From Polyangiaceae bacterium (GTDB taxonomy: Bacteria; Myxococcota_A; Polyangia; Polyangiales; Polyangiaceae), in NCBI GenBank assembly GCA_044376115.1, contig JBILLK010000021.1:32001-96000 (forward strand): 64,000 nt of DNA. Direction: 5' to 3'. Below the pieces are notes generated by a model. The model did no database searches. It saw nothing but the letters and a program-made list of their open reading frames with translations, and was not told the DNA's origin. Positions 49,598 through 58,819 of the stretch are shown piece after piece. Each line of letters starts with the position of its first letter. Within the stretch, counting starts at the first letter, position 1. The translations under genes and the position numbers were made by a program.

Positions 49598-50503
49598 ATG
49601 AAGATCCAACGCGCTGAGTTCATCGGAATCGCCGGAGTGCCCGATCTGACCATCGAGTTGCCCACGAGCGGCGCGGGCGAACCCCACGATCGCGTGGTGG
49701 TCACCGGCCCTAGCGGCTCCGGGAAGACGCGACTGCTCGAGGCGATGATCGCCGCTAAAGAGGCGATCCGTCCTTACGGTCCGCTGACGCCCGGCGCGCC
49801 TTGGATCCGCTCCGGCCAGGCCGCTAAAGTGCGCTTGAGCTTCTGGCTCGACGAGGCCGAGCAAGAGTTCGCCGCGGCCGCGCAGGTGCTGCAAGCGGAG
49901 GTCATCTTCCAGCCGATGCGCATCGAGGCCGAGGCCGACGACGGCCTGCGCGCCGTGCTCGGTCGCTATGCGCACAGCACAGCGAACGGCAAAGTCGACT
50001 ACTTCCCCGCCGAGCGCCGCATCCCAACCTTCCCGCCTTTCGCTGGGCTCGGCGCCGGCGAGCAGCGCCTCGCGCGGCTGACGAAGGACGCACGCAAATA
50101 CAGCTTCGTGTTGCCCTTCCTGCAGACGCTCGCTCACGACGCCCCGCGCAGGCAACGGTTCGAAGCGGCGCTGGCTTCCCTTTCTCCGTCCTGTCGCTAC
50201 CTGGCCGATCCGACGAACCAAGCGATCCCGCAATGTTTCTCGAGCCGCGGCGGTGAGCCAACCACGGTGGGTCAGCTTTCGCACTCGGAAGTCGACGCGG
50301 TGGTCTTCGCTGCGACCGCGGCCCTGATCGGCCTCGACCACTCGCTGGTCTTCCTCGATCGGCCCGACCTCCACGCCGATGAACCGGTGGCCTTGCTCAA
50401 CGCGCTCGGCGTACTCGGACAAGGCAACCAGCTGTGGATGGCGTGCAGCCTACAGACCGCCGCAGCGGCGCAGGGCGTGCACGTCGTGAACCTGAAGCGC
50501 TGA
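49598..50503 (+). CDS. ABC/AAA_21-type ATPase-like protein with degenerate Walker B
   Basis: GPSGSGKT, LSHSE signature-like motif, LVFLDRPDLH in place of DEPE.H. Confidence 0.7.
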   Translation: MKIQRAEFIGIAGVPDLTIELPTSGAGEPHDRVVVTGPSGSGKTRLLEAMIAAKEAIRPYGPLTPGAPWIRSGQAAKVRLSFWLDEAEQEFAAAAQVLQAEVIFQPMRIEAEADDGLRAVLGRYAHSTANGKVDYFPAERRIPTFPPFAGLGAGEQRLARLTKDARKYSFVLPFLQTLAHDAPRRQRFEAALASLSPSCRYLADPTNQAIPQCFSSRGGEPTTVGQLSHSEVDAVVFAATAALIGLDHSLVFLDRPDLHADEPVALLNALGVLGQGNQLWMACSLQTAAAAQGVHVVNLKR

Positions 50504-50557
50504 AAGCCCGCGCTTCGCCACTCTTCTTGCAAAGGCGCATTGCCCAAAGGCCGACCC

Positions 50558-52297
50558 ATGTCCGCTCAAACCGTCTCTTCACGTCTTGATGCTTCCACCC
50601 GCTCGCGGCGCCCCTCCTTCGCGCGCACCGCGCTAGCCTGCACAACGCTGCTGCTCGCCAGCCCGAGTTGTACGCCGGACAACGCGCTCGACGAGTTCGA
50701 CGAGGAAGCCCAATACGAAGACGCGCTCACGGCAGCGCAAAAACGCCCGCGCTACGAACGGATTCGCGACGCCTTACGCAAGCGTGGCATCGCCAAGAAC
50801 GGCTACTTGTTCGCCGGCATCGCCAACACCGAGACCGGCCTTGTGATGTGTTGGTCGGAGGCGACCTGGTCGTGCCAAGGGCCGTCCTCACCCGACTGCG
50901 GCGGCGGACCGGTGATCGCCGGAGCAGGCGACGGACCGTGCTCGTGGCAAGAGGGTGGGCTGGGTATCTTTCAGTTCGACGCCGGCACCTTCAACCAGAC
51001 CCTCGCGAAGTACGGCTCGAACGTGCTCACGGTCGAAGGCCAGCTCGATCACGCCGTCGACTACGTGGTCGCGATGGTGAAGAACTCCGACTACACCACC
51101 AACGCCGAAACCGACGCCAAGGCGCTCGCCTGGCTCAACAACTTCGACCCCAATAACGCCACCCTCCGCGATCAATGGATCAAGACGGTCTTGCGCTACT
51201 ACAACGGCTGCCAGCCCGGTTGGAGCTGCTGGAGCCCGCGTTATCAGACCTACACCGACGGCATGAACCAAGCGATCTCCGACCCGGGTGGGCTCGCCTT
51301 CTGGGCCGAGAACGCCGCACCGCCCGCGAAGCCGGCGAGCCCAAAGCCCGAAGGCTCACAAGCGCTGCTCGCTCCGAAGCAGCAACACTTCTTCCGTCGC
51401 GACAGCGCCGGCAACGTTCGGCATCACTATTGGGACGGCAATCAGAACAAGCTGCTGATCGACACTTGGGGCAGCGGCGCTGCCGGCCAGCCGGTGACCT
51501 TCGTGCATGGGACGTCACAGCACAGCTTCGCCCGCAAGAATGACGGCTCGCTCGGGCACTGGTTCTGGGACCCGGTGAACGGCCCGCGCTCGGATAGTTG
51601 GGCAGCGGCTGGCAGCCTCGCCTTCGATCCGGCGGCGATCGTGATCGGCGAGTTCGAGGCTGTGTGGGCCGTCGATGGCGATGGGGACCTGCAACATTGG
51701 TATTGGGGACCGAAGACCAACGGGGTGAAGCAGGACACCTGGGGCTCCGGCGCAGTCGGTCGGCCCAGCGTGATGGTGACGCCCTCCGGCGAGCAGCACG
51801 CCTTTGCGCGCGGTACCGCAGGCACGCTGGAACATTGGTGGTGGAGCCCTGGGAGCAACGATATCGATCACGACAGTTGGGGCTCGGGCCTCGCGCATGA
51901 TCCGGTCTCGCTCGCGATCGGCGCGTTCCAAAGCGTGTGGGGCGTCGATGGGCAAGGCAACCTCAAGCAATGGTATTGGGGCCCGAGCAGCGGCGGCGTG
52001 AAGAAGGCAACCTGGGGCTCAGGCGTCGTGGGCCGGCCGAGCGTCTTCGTCACAGCGAGTGGTGAGCAGCATGTGTTCGCCCGCGGCAAGTCCGGTGCGC
52101 TCGAGCATTGGTGGTGGACGCCGAATTCGAGCGCGATCCTGCACGACAGCTGGGGCACCGGGATCGCTCAGGACCCAACCGCGCTGCTGATCGGCTCGCA
52201 ACAACATGTGTGGGCCACCGGCAACAACGGCAACGTGCTGCACTGGTATTGGGACCCGGCCACGAGCTCGATCAAGCAGGATAGCTGGGGCCAGTGA
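50558..52297 (+). CDS. secreted/lipoprotein with lysozyme-like N-domain plus the same 7-bladed lectin-like propeller as 40029-41645
   Basis: AGIANTETG..GLGIFQFD..LRYYNG resembles the SLT/lysozyme E..GxxQ..YN pattern; C-terminal 948 nt colinear with 40698-41645. Confidence 0.7.
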   Translation: MSAQTVSSRLDASTRSRRPSFARTALACTTLLLASPSCTPDNALDEFDEEAQYEDALTAAQKRPRYERIRDALRKRGIAKNGYLFAGIANTETGLVMCWSEATWSCQGPSSPDCGGGPVIAGAGDGPCSWQEGGLGIFQFDAGTFNQTLAKYGSNVLTVEGQLDHAVDYVVAMVKNSDYTTNAETDAKALAWLNNFDPNNATLRDQWIKTVLRYYNGCQPGWSCWSPRYQTYTDGMNQAISDPGGLAFWAENAAPPAKPASPKPEGSQALLAPKQQHFFRRDSAGNVRHHYWDGNQNKLLIDTWGSGAAGQPVTFVHGTSQHSFARKNDGSLGHWFWDPVNGPRSDSWAAAGSLAFDPAAIVIGEFEAVWAVDGDGDLQHWYWGPKTNGVKQDTWGSGAVGRPSVMVTPSGEQHAFARGTAGTLEHWWWSPGSNDIDHDSWGSGLAHDPVSLAIGAFQSVWGVDGQGNLKQWYWGPSSGGVKKATWGSGVVGRPSVFVTASGEQHVFARGKSGALEHWWWTPNSSAILHDSWGTGIAQDPTALLIGSQQHVWATGNNGNVLHWYWDPATSSIKQDSWGQ

Positions 52298-52306
52298 GCG
52301 GCCGCG

Positions 52307-53146
52307 TCACTCGCTATAGCGCAACATGAGCCCAACCTGACCGACGCTGACCACCGGGCTGAGCAGCAGCGTCGCGCTGGTCGGCGCCGGCTCGCCCGAA
52401 TCGGAAAGGCGCCATATCAAGCCCGTCCCAGCCAAAACCGCGCCGCCTACCAAGAGCGCAGTGGTCGCCGGCCCCAGCGATCGACCGCGCTCCTGCGCGT
52501 CGAGGCCCTCGCGCGAGCAGGTGCGCGTGGCGTCATCGCATTCGTCCTGCGTGGTGAGGTAAGCGTCGATCACCAGGCCACCGGTGACCGCCCCGGCGAT
52601 CAGCGCCGCAACCCCGATGCCACCCAAAACCCAAGGCAGCGGGCCGTCCCCGCGGCTCAAGGCCGAGCGCGTATCGAACTCGAAGACGAAGCGCTGGTTC
52701 TTCTCGCGCGGCCGCACCAGGATCGAACGACGTTGCGGCGCTTCGCCTTCGAGGCGCACTTCGATCACGTGCTGGCCAGCCGCGAGCGAATGCACCTGAC
52801 CGTCGAGCCGGGCGAGCCAAGGCGCTCCATCGAGCGTCGCGCTGGCCTCGCGGATGGGCTCGCCGTCCTGATCCACGGCTTCGATCGAAACGGTCGCTGC
52901 GCGAAGCAAAAGCTCCGCCTCGATCTCACCTTTCCAGCGGCTGCAATCATCCCGCACGAACGGCGCGCAGCTCTCATTGACGCATACGCCGACCGCGATC
53001 AGCGCGTCGTCGAGCTTGCCCTCATCGCGCAGCTGTTGAACCGCGTAGTAAGCATCACCGCAGGCCTGCTTATCGGCAAAGGCTGTTCGGCCACTGCCAA
53101 GCACCATCAGGGAGACCACCGTTTGGGCGATCCAAAGGCCACGCAT
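52307..53146 (-). CDS. secreted/membrane PEGA-like hypothetical protein (myxobacterial type)
   Basis: signal peptide, C..Y..Q.LR..GKL..C..C..C, PEGA-like segment, C-terminal TM segments. Confidence 0.7.
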   Translation of the reverse strand: MRGLWIAQTVVSLMVLGSGRTAFADKQACGDAYYAVQQLRDEGKLDDALIAVGVCVNESCAPFVRDDCSRWKGEIEAELLLRAATVSIEAVDQDGEPIREASATLDGAPWLARLDGQVHSLAAGQHVIEVRLEGEAPQRRSILVRPREKNQRFVFEFDTRSALSRGDGPLPWVLGGIGVAALIAGAVTGGLVIDAYLTTQDECDDATRTCSREGLDAQERGRSLGPATTALLVGGAVLAGTGLIWRLSDSGEPAPTSATLLLSPVVSVGQVGLMLRYSE

Positions 53147-53180
53147 GCAGCCAGCCTAGCAGTCAGCGTGCCTTCGATGT

Positions 53181-53696
53181 CTAGGCGTCGGTCATCGGAG
53201 CGCGCACGATTCGCTTGCTGAACGTCGTGGAAAGCTCGGTGATCGCCGCGGTAAGCTCCTTGGCGTTTGCGTCCTCACCGCACACCTCGCGCACGTGGGG
53301 CGTGAGCCAAACGGTGGCCTCTGAAACCTCGCCGAACACCTTCGTCGGGTGCGGTGAGGGTGCCAACAATTGCAAGCCGGTCAGCACGCTGCGCTGAACC
53401 GCGCCTAATAGGCTCTGCGCAAGGATCACCGTCGCCGACGCTACGCGGGTGTGCTCCCAGCGCTTGATGATCTTCGCCATCCGCACGCGCTCGGCTTGGG
53501 TCATCTTGGTGTTGCTCGGAAGGATGACGACCATCTCCACGACCTTGCCGGTCACCTTCGCGTGCCAGCGCTCGCTCGCGCGCTCGATGCGATCCATGTC
53601 GGCGAGCGTGACCTTGCCCTCGAACAAGGTGACCGCGAAGCGCCGCCAAAGGCCGGTCAACATGTACGGAGCCTCGATGATCGGGTCGAGCTTCAC
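53181..53696 (-). CDS. hypothetical protein (STAS/SEC14-like myxobacterial family)
   Basis: ~170 aa; RSVLTGL..PHPTKVF..EA..WL pattern. Confidence 0.6.
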   Translation of the reverse strand: MKLDPIIEAPYMLTGLWRRFAVTLFEGKVTLADMDRIERASERWHAKVTGKVVEMVVILPSNTKMTQAERVRMAKIIKRWEHTRVASATVILAQSLLGAVQRSVLTGLQLLAPSPHPTKVFGEVSEATVWLTPHVREVCGEDANAKELTAAITELSTTFSKRIVRAPMTDA

Positions 53697-53783
53697 GGGG
53701 CTCGTAGTTTAGCGCCGATCGCGCGCGAGCGAGCGACAATGGGGGTGGAGCGAGCAGAGCGCAGGAAGAGCTTCTTTGGGACT

Positions 53784-54272
53784 TCACCGCGTGCGGCGTG
53801 CTAGGGCTTCTTCGAGCGCGACGATCGCTGGTTGATCCTTTGGGCGGTTCGCCGCGCGCTTCATACGGATGAGCGCGGGTAGGCTTGCAACGCGGACCCT
53901 GTGCCCACCGACCGAGGCGTCTATTGCGTCGTTACACAGCGATGCGAAGGTCTCACCGCCGGCCTCCTTCAACAGATCGAGCCTACCGAACTTCGTACGC
54001 AGCAAAATGGGGCCCGTAGCACTTCGGAGTCGGTCGATCGTCGGGAGAATTGGAGGTTGATGAAACGTCGCCATCTCCGCCTCGACCTCGACGAGACAAC
54101 CAGCGAGACGGTCGAGGTTCACGGCGTCGACTGCAATCACAAGGTCCAAATCGAACGTCGCCCAGCTCACCTGATGAACGGAGGCTGCGATTCCTCCAAT
54201 CAGGACTGACTCAACACCAGCAGCGACCAGACTCGTGATCAGCGCGGCAGGCTGGAACTCAGCGCGGCGCAC
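53784..54272 (-). CDS. minimal nucleotidyltransferase family protein
   Basis: LIGGIAA..ATFDLDLV, GRLDLL, LIRMKRAANRPKD. Confidence 0.8.
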   Translation of the reverse strand: MRRAEFQPAALITSLVAAGVESVLIGGIAASVHQVSWATFDLDLVIAVDAVNLDRLAGCLVEVEAEMATFHQPPILPTIDRLRSATGPILLRTKFGRLDLLKEAGGETFASLCNDAIDASVGGHRVRVASLPALIRMKRAANRPKDQPAIVALEEALARRTR

Positions 54273-54447
54273 GATCGATTGACTCGCGAAGAGCCGCCAC
54301 GAACGCCCGCAAGTTTTGCTCAGACTGAGCGCGAGCCTCGGGTGACATCTCTCGAACCTCTGCCTCGAGCCCGATATCGTGCCCCTCCGCATCGAGGTTA
54401 GCGGCGAGCGCGCGCTCGATCTCTTCGGTCGACGGGTCTCGCATCAC
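54259..54447 (-). CDS. small protein overlapping the nucleotidyltransferase (TA-like partner)
   Basis: 62 aa with G.DI.L..MSPEAR motif; TACTCT -10 lies 6 nt before the GTG. Confidence 0.6.
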   Translation of the reverse strand: MMRDPSTEEIERALAANLDAEGHDIGLEAEVREMSPEARAQSEQNLRAFVAALRESIDRAPR

Positions 54448-54708
54448 CGGAAGAGAGTACCCTCCCTGAGCGCGAAGGACCAGCGAGAGAGCTGGTGAGG
54501 TGGCCGCGAGCCAGAACCGCTGTTTGCGCTCCTCCTAGCGCTCGAGCCCGACTCGCGTGGTGAGCTCACAAAGCGCGTGTCGACTGAACGCGACCAGAGG
54601 GATTGGAGCGTAAACGCGATTCGCCTCGGCGAGCCCGCCCTGCGTTCCTGCGGACTGATCTCGCAATCGGCTTCACTCGCTAGAAGCTCACCGAGTTACC
54701 CTGGGCTC

Positions 54709-56067
54709 ATGCTTTTGCGCTCGCTTGCGGCCGTCTGCCCGCTGCTCGCCCTCCCCTCCCTTGGCTGCGGCAACGGTGAAACCACGGCGGCTGGAGCGAG
54801 CGGTGGCGGAACGGCGGGCGCTGCGGCGGGCGGCGCTGCAACGGGTGGTGCCGGCGGGGAGGCCGGTGGTGGTGGGAGCGGCGGGGTGCTCGAGCCGCAG
54901 GTGGCCTGCCCAGCGGGCAGCGAGCTTTCAACGGCCGACACCGACGCCGGCTTTGCGGAGTTTGGCAGCGTGTTCTCGAGCACGCCGTACGAACGCGATG
55001 TGGAGGGGACGCACAACCCCAAGGCGCTGGTGGTGGAGGTGAAGAACGCTGGAGCAGCGGTCGCCGGGTGCGAGGTGCGTTGGGCGACAGCGGCGGGTCA
55101 CGGCTGGGTTTTCCCCAACGGGAAGGTCACCGACGAAGACGGACGAGTGCGCGCTTTTTGGACCTCCGGCGATCAAGCGCGCCAAGCCGCCGAAGCACGG
55201 ATCGAAGTGGAGGGCGGCCCAGCGCAGAGCCTCACCTTCACCGGCGAAGCGTGGCCCAGCGAGCGCACGCGCACCGATTCAGTGCACATCCTGTACGAGG
55301 TCCCCGACGTTTACAGCGAGTTCAAGGTGCGCGTCACGCCCGCGACGGGACCACAAAGCACCTACTACTCCACGCTCAACTGGCCCGGCGCGTACGGCGG
55401 TATCCAGTTCGACGACTACGGTGGCCCAATCAGCAAAGTGCTGTTTTCGGTTTGGGACATCGACGCCAACAAGAAGGCCGAGATCCTCGACCAAGGCGCC
55501 TGCAACGAGACCGTCGGCTTCGGCGGTGAAGGCACCGGGACCAGCTGCAGGCTGCTGCTGCCTCCGAGCGAACACGGCGCGATCCCCGGCCTGCCCGACG
55601 ACTACATGTTGCAGCCCGGGGATACCTACGAGACCCACCTCGTCGTCAGCCACCCCGCCGACTGCCCGACCTGCTCCGACTACAGCTTCAGCTTCAGCGA
55701 TGTGACCCGCGGCTTCGGGCCGATCTCGCTCGGCACCCAACGTTACAAAGAGAACGTCGAGCCTTGGTATGGCTCCGGCTTCATCGAGGATTGGTCAGAC
55801 AAACCGGGCGACCACTGCCTCAACGCAGGCACCCGCACCGCCTACTTCCACGACCTCCAAGCGAAGACCGCAGCCGGTTGGCAGCCCATCACCAGCGCGT
55901 CCTTCAACGCCGTCTACCTGCAGTGGAACCACGAGATCTGCGCCAACTACTACTTCGGCGTGGAAGACGGTCGCTTCTTGATGAGCAGCGGCGGCAGCGA
56001 GCTCGTCTCGCGACCGATCATCGAAGGCGACCCCGACTTCGGCCAGCAGCCCAAAGCATCGCTCTGA
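54709..56067 (+). CDS. lipoprotein with Ig-like domain and DUF3472/DUF5077-like domain
   Basis: SLGC lipobox, Gly linker, TDEDG Ig motif; STYY..GAYGGIQ..LFSVWD..FGGEGTG..FIEDW. Confidence 0.75.
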   Translation: MLLRSLAAVCPLLALPSLGCGNGETTAAGASGGGTAGAAAGGAATGGAGGEAGGGGSGGVLEPQVACPAGSELSTADTDAGFAEFGSVFSSTPYERDVEGTHNPKALVVEVKNAGAAVAGCEVRWATAAGHGWVFPNGKVTDEDGRVRAFWTSGDQARQAAEARIEVEGGPAQSLTFTGEAWPSERTRTDSVHILYEVPDVYSEFKVRVTPATGPQSTYYSTLNWPGAYGGIQFDDYGGPISKVLFSVWDIDANKKAEILDQGACNETVGFGGEGTGTSCRLLLPPSEHGAIPGLPDDYMLQPGDTYETHLVVSHPADCPTCSDYSFSFSDVTRGFGPISLGTQRYKENVEPWYGSGFIEDWSDKPGDHCLNAGTRTAYFHDLQAKTAAGWQPITSASFNAVYLQWNHEICANYYFGVEDGRFLMSSGGSELVSRPIIEGDPDFGQQPKASL

Positions 56068-56182
56068 AGACCGCGTGCGACCTTGGGCCGTGCGATGCGG
56101 CAGCCGCCCTTGTCCTTCGTGTGGTCAGCGTGTCCTAGATTACGAGTTCGCTCGGCAAGGAGCTGAGGCCTTGAGGAAAGAA

Positions 56183-57481
56183 ATGCGAAAGCTCGTCTTT
56201 GCAATAGCAGCAATGGGAGTCTTGCTGAGCGGATGCGCCAGCGCCGCTAACGGACCGAAGGTCCCCGTCGTGGAGTCGACGGAGGGGTGGTCCTTTGACA
56301 CCTGGTTCAACGCGCCTGCCGGTTCGAACGGCGTTTTCGTTCAGTTCGTTCGAGCACACGAGAGCGGCTTCGACATAGCGTACGACGACTACACGACCGG
56401 CAGCTTAACTGCCCCCGGCTTGGTCCTGGGTTCGCTCCGAGACGGTCGCTTCACCTATCGATACCCGGGGCTCGGCTCTTGTGGGAGTTCCACGACGGTG
56501 CTGACAGGCTCGGAGGCTCGAGTCGCCTGTGAATCGGGAGGCTGGAACCTCCGGGTCGACGCTCTCGGGACGATCGAGAAGCTCCCGCTCAGCAAGCTCG
56601 AACCACCATCGCCCATCCCAGGCATCGAGCGCTGCCCAACGCTACGCCCTCAACCTGACGATGCAGGTCGGCGCCCACCACTGCGGAGGGGCAACACGGA
56701 CATCGTCGAGCACGGTGAGGGTTCCCAGCGAACGATACAGGCCGTGCTCCTGGTCGCTAACGAGACGGTCCCCAACGGAATGGCTTCACAGCAGCGGACG
56801 CTCCGCTACGTGATGTGTTCGCCAGCCACCGGAGAAGAGCGCACCGTGGAGCTCTCGAAGCGGGCCCGCTCGGCGGCGATCACGGTCGACCCTCGAGGGG
56901 AGCCGGCGGTCGCGTTCGAGGAACAGTTCGAGGACCGGGCGCGACTCGTGCTCGCACGGCGGCACGCGGTCAGCATCGGACACGAGGTTGATACGCGACT
57001 CGCGTCCTCGCGTGAGGCCTGCGCTGCGCTCCGCGTGCAGTGGTTCGGGCCGCACCCGGCCGATTTCATGTCGCTGACCCCCGAAGAGAAGCTCTGCAGT
57101 GTCATGATGAGACAGGAGGCCTACGCTGCCGCAAAGGAGGCGACGCGGCGAGAGTGCGACGCGGGGGACGCGCGCGCCTGCTGGCTGGGAGGCTCGGTGA
57201 GGAGCGCATTGATGCGCGGCGTTTCGTTTCGCTGGGACGTGAAAGACAGCACGGTGAATTACCATCTAATTGAAGCCTGGCTGCCCGCAGATCCCGAGCG
57301 AGCGAAGGACCCGAGCGCCTTCGGGTTCTTCGAGCGTGGTTGCGACCTCGGGGATGCGGACTCGTGCACGCGGGTCCTCGCGGAGGACCATCTTCTTCGC
57401 ACCAGGAGCCCGCTGGCCGAAGCCCAGTGCAACGCGGGGAGCGAGTTTGCCTGCGAGCTGCTCAAGGCACGGAGGTACTAG
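56183..57481 (+). CDS. lipoprotein with C-terminal Sel1-like repeats
   Basis: LSGC lipobox; CDAGDARAC, GCDLGDADSC, CNAGSEFAC. Confidence 0.7.
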   Translation: MRKLVFAIAAMGVLLSGCASAANGPKVPVVESTEGWSFDTWFNAPAGSNGVFVQFVRAHESGFDIAYDDYTTGSLTAPGLVLGSLRDGRFTYRYPGLGSCGSSTTVLTGSEARVACESGGWNLRVDALGTIEKLPLSKLEPPSPIPGIERCPTLRPQPDDAGRRPPLRRGNTDIVEHGEGSQRTIQAVLLVANETVPNGMASQQRTLRYVMCSPATGEERTVELSKRARSAAITVDPRGEPAVAFEEQFEDRARLVLARRHAVSIGHEVDTRLASSREACAALRVQWFGPHPADFMSLTPEEKLCSVMMRQEAYAAAKEATRRECDAGDARACWLGGSVRSALMRGVSFRWDVKDSTVNYHLIEAWLPADPERAKDPSAFGFFERGCDLGDADSCTRVLAEDHLLRTRSPLAEAQCNAGSEFACELLKARRY

Positions 57482-57678
57482 CGTAACGAGCACTCATCAG
57501 CGCTGCCGCCATGGTGAAGGTCTCGAGGAACGCCAGCCCGTACGAGAGCGCGAGCACGACCAGGGCCGACCCGAACGGCCCAAGCCCGAGCCTTCGGCGC
57601 AGCACCCGATGCGCGGCGACGAGCGCGGTGAAGTAGGTGTGGTTGACGAAGCCCTCGGGTCCCGGCACCCTCCCGCGC

Positions 57679-58803
57679 ATGAATCGTGGAATGGGACTGC
57701 TTCTGGCTCTCTTCGGTTGCAGCGAGGCTCGGGTTGACGGCGGAGCGACCTCCCAGTCATCGCAAGGAGCGAGCTCCACGGCCTCGCTCAGCTCCTCGAG
57801 CGGGAGCGTCCCGTCGGCCTCCAGTCTTGCCAGCGCGCCCCGCGCCTCGGCCAGCGCAGCGCGCTCGGCGGCGGCCGAGCTTCCGCGCTCCGCGCGCCCG
57901 ACGCCCCTCGAGTGGTGCCGGGCGCCGGTCGCGGCGCTCGCGGAGGAGGGCTACTTCGGCGGCGATATGACCTACGCCTGCCGGCTCTCCGAGGTCCGCG
58001 AGTGGGTGATGCTCTGGTGCCCGATGAGCGGGCTACGCTCGACCGGGAAGGAGCTCGGGATCTACGATCGAGCGCTCCCTGGCGGTGGCAGCATGGCCAG
58101 CGAGGATGAGGTCTACCTCGGGACTCAGGGACTCCACGGCAGCCCACCGAAGGACGCTGTCGTCGTCTCGCTGCGCCCCGGAACCAAAGCGAAGCCGGCC
58201 TTCACCTATCGCCCGGTAGAGAACCCGACGTGGCTTCGCGACGAGAGCTTCGAACTCGAGCTCCCCGCCGGCGCGACCGATCTCTCCGAGCGCCGCTTCC
58301 AGGGCGGCGCGTGGCCGAAGACCCTGAGCCGCGGCCCCAGCGGGACCAAGCTCTGCGACGAGCTCGAAAAGAACCAGAAGTCGCAAAGCGACGCCGAGAG
58401 CAAAGAGCGCGAGGCCGCCCAGCTCGAGGCCGATGCTGAAGAGGTCGACGACGTGGTAGGGCTCAGCGAGCCACCGAACGAGGCCAGCTGGGACGCGGCG
58501 AAGTCGGCGCTGGTGACCGGCTCCGACGCTCTTGGATGCATGACAAAGATCGCCCCCGATTGGTTCTTCATGCGCTGCAGCGGCAAGGTCGAGCTGCGCG
58601 GCCTCGAGGTTGAGAAGGGCCGGCGCAAGACGCAGACGAAGGCGACCTTCGCCGACGGCGTCGCGACGCTGCTGACCCCGTATGTGGAGGGCACCGACCT
58701 CCGCGTGCGCCTCGATCTCGCCGACGGCGCCCGCTTCCTCGTCGTGCGCTGGGCGCCGGGAAAGAAGCCGTTCGAGGTCGGACGCTTCAGCGACAAGCGC
58801 TGA
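57679..58803 (+). CDS. hypothetical lipoprotein
   Basis: LFGC lipobox, Ser/Ala linker, two C..W...C domains. Confidence 0.65.
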   Translation: MNRGMGLLLALFGCSEARVDGGATSQSSQGASSTASLSSSSGSVPSASSLASAPRASASAARSAAAELPRSARPTPLEWCRAPVAALAEEGYFGGDMTYACRLSEVREWVMLWCPMSGLRSTGKELGIYDRALPGGGSMASEDEVYLGTQGLHGSPPKDAVVVSLRPGTKAKPAFTYRPVENPTWLRDESFELELPAGATDLSERRFQGGAWPKTLSRGPSGTKLCDELEKNQKSQSDAESKEREAAQLEADAEEVDDVVGLSEPPNEASWDAAKSALVTGSDALGCMTKIAPDWFFMRCSGKVELRGLEVEKGRRKTQTKATFADGVATLLTPYVEGTDLRVRLDLADGARFLVVRWAPGKKPFEVGRFSDKR

Positions 58804-58819
58804 GAACGAGCCGGCGGAC

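Noticed and set aside
49598..50503. Anti-phage ATPase system (Septu, Gabija or PARIS-like)
   Set aside because: No adjacent HNH, TOPRIM or helicase partner, and the catalytic motifs are degenerate.
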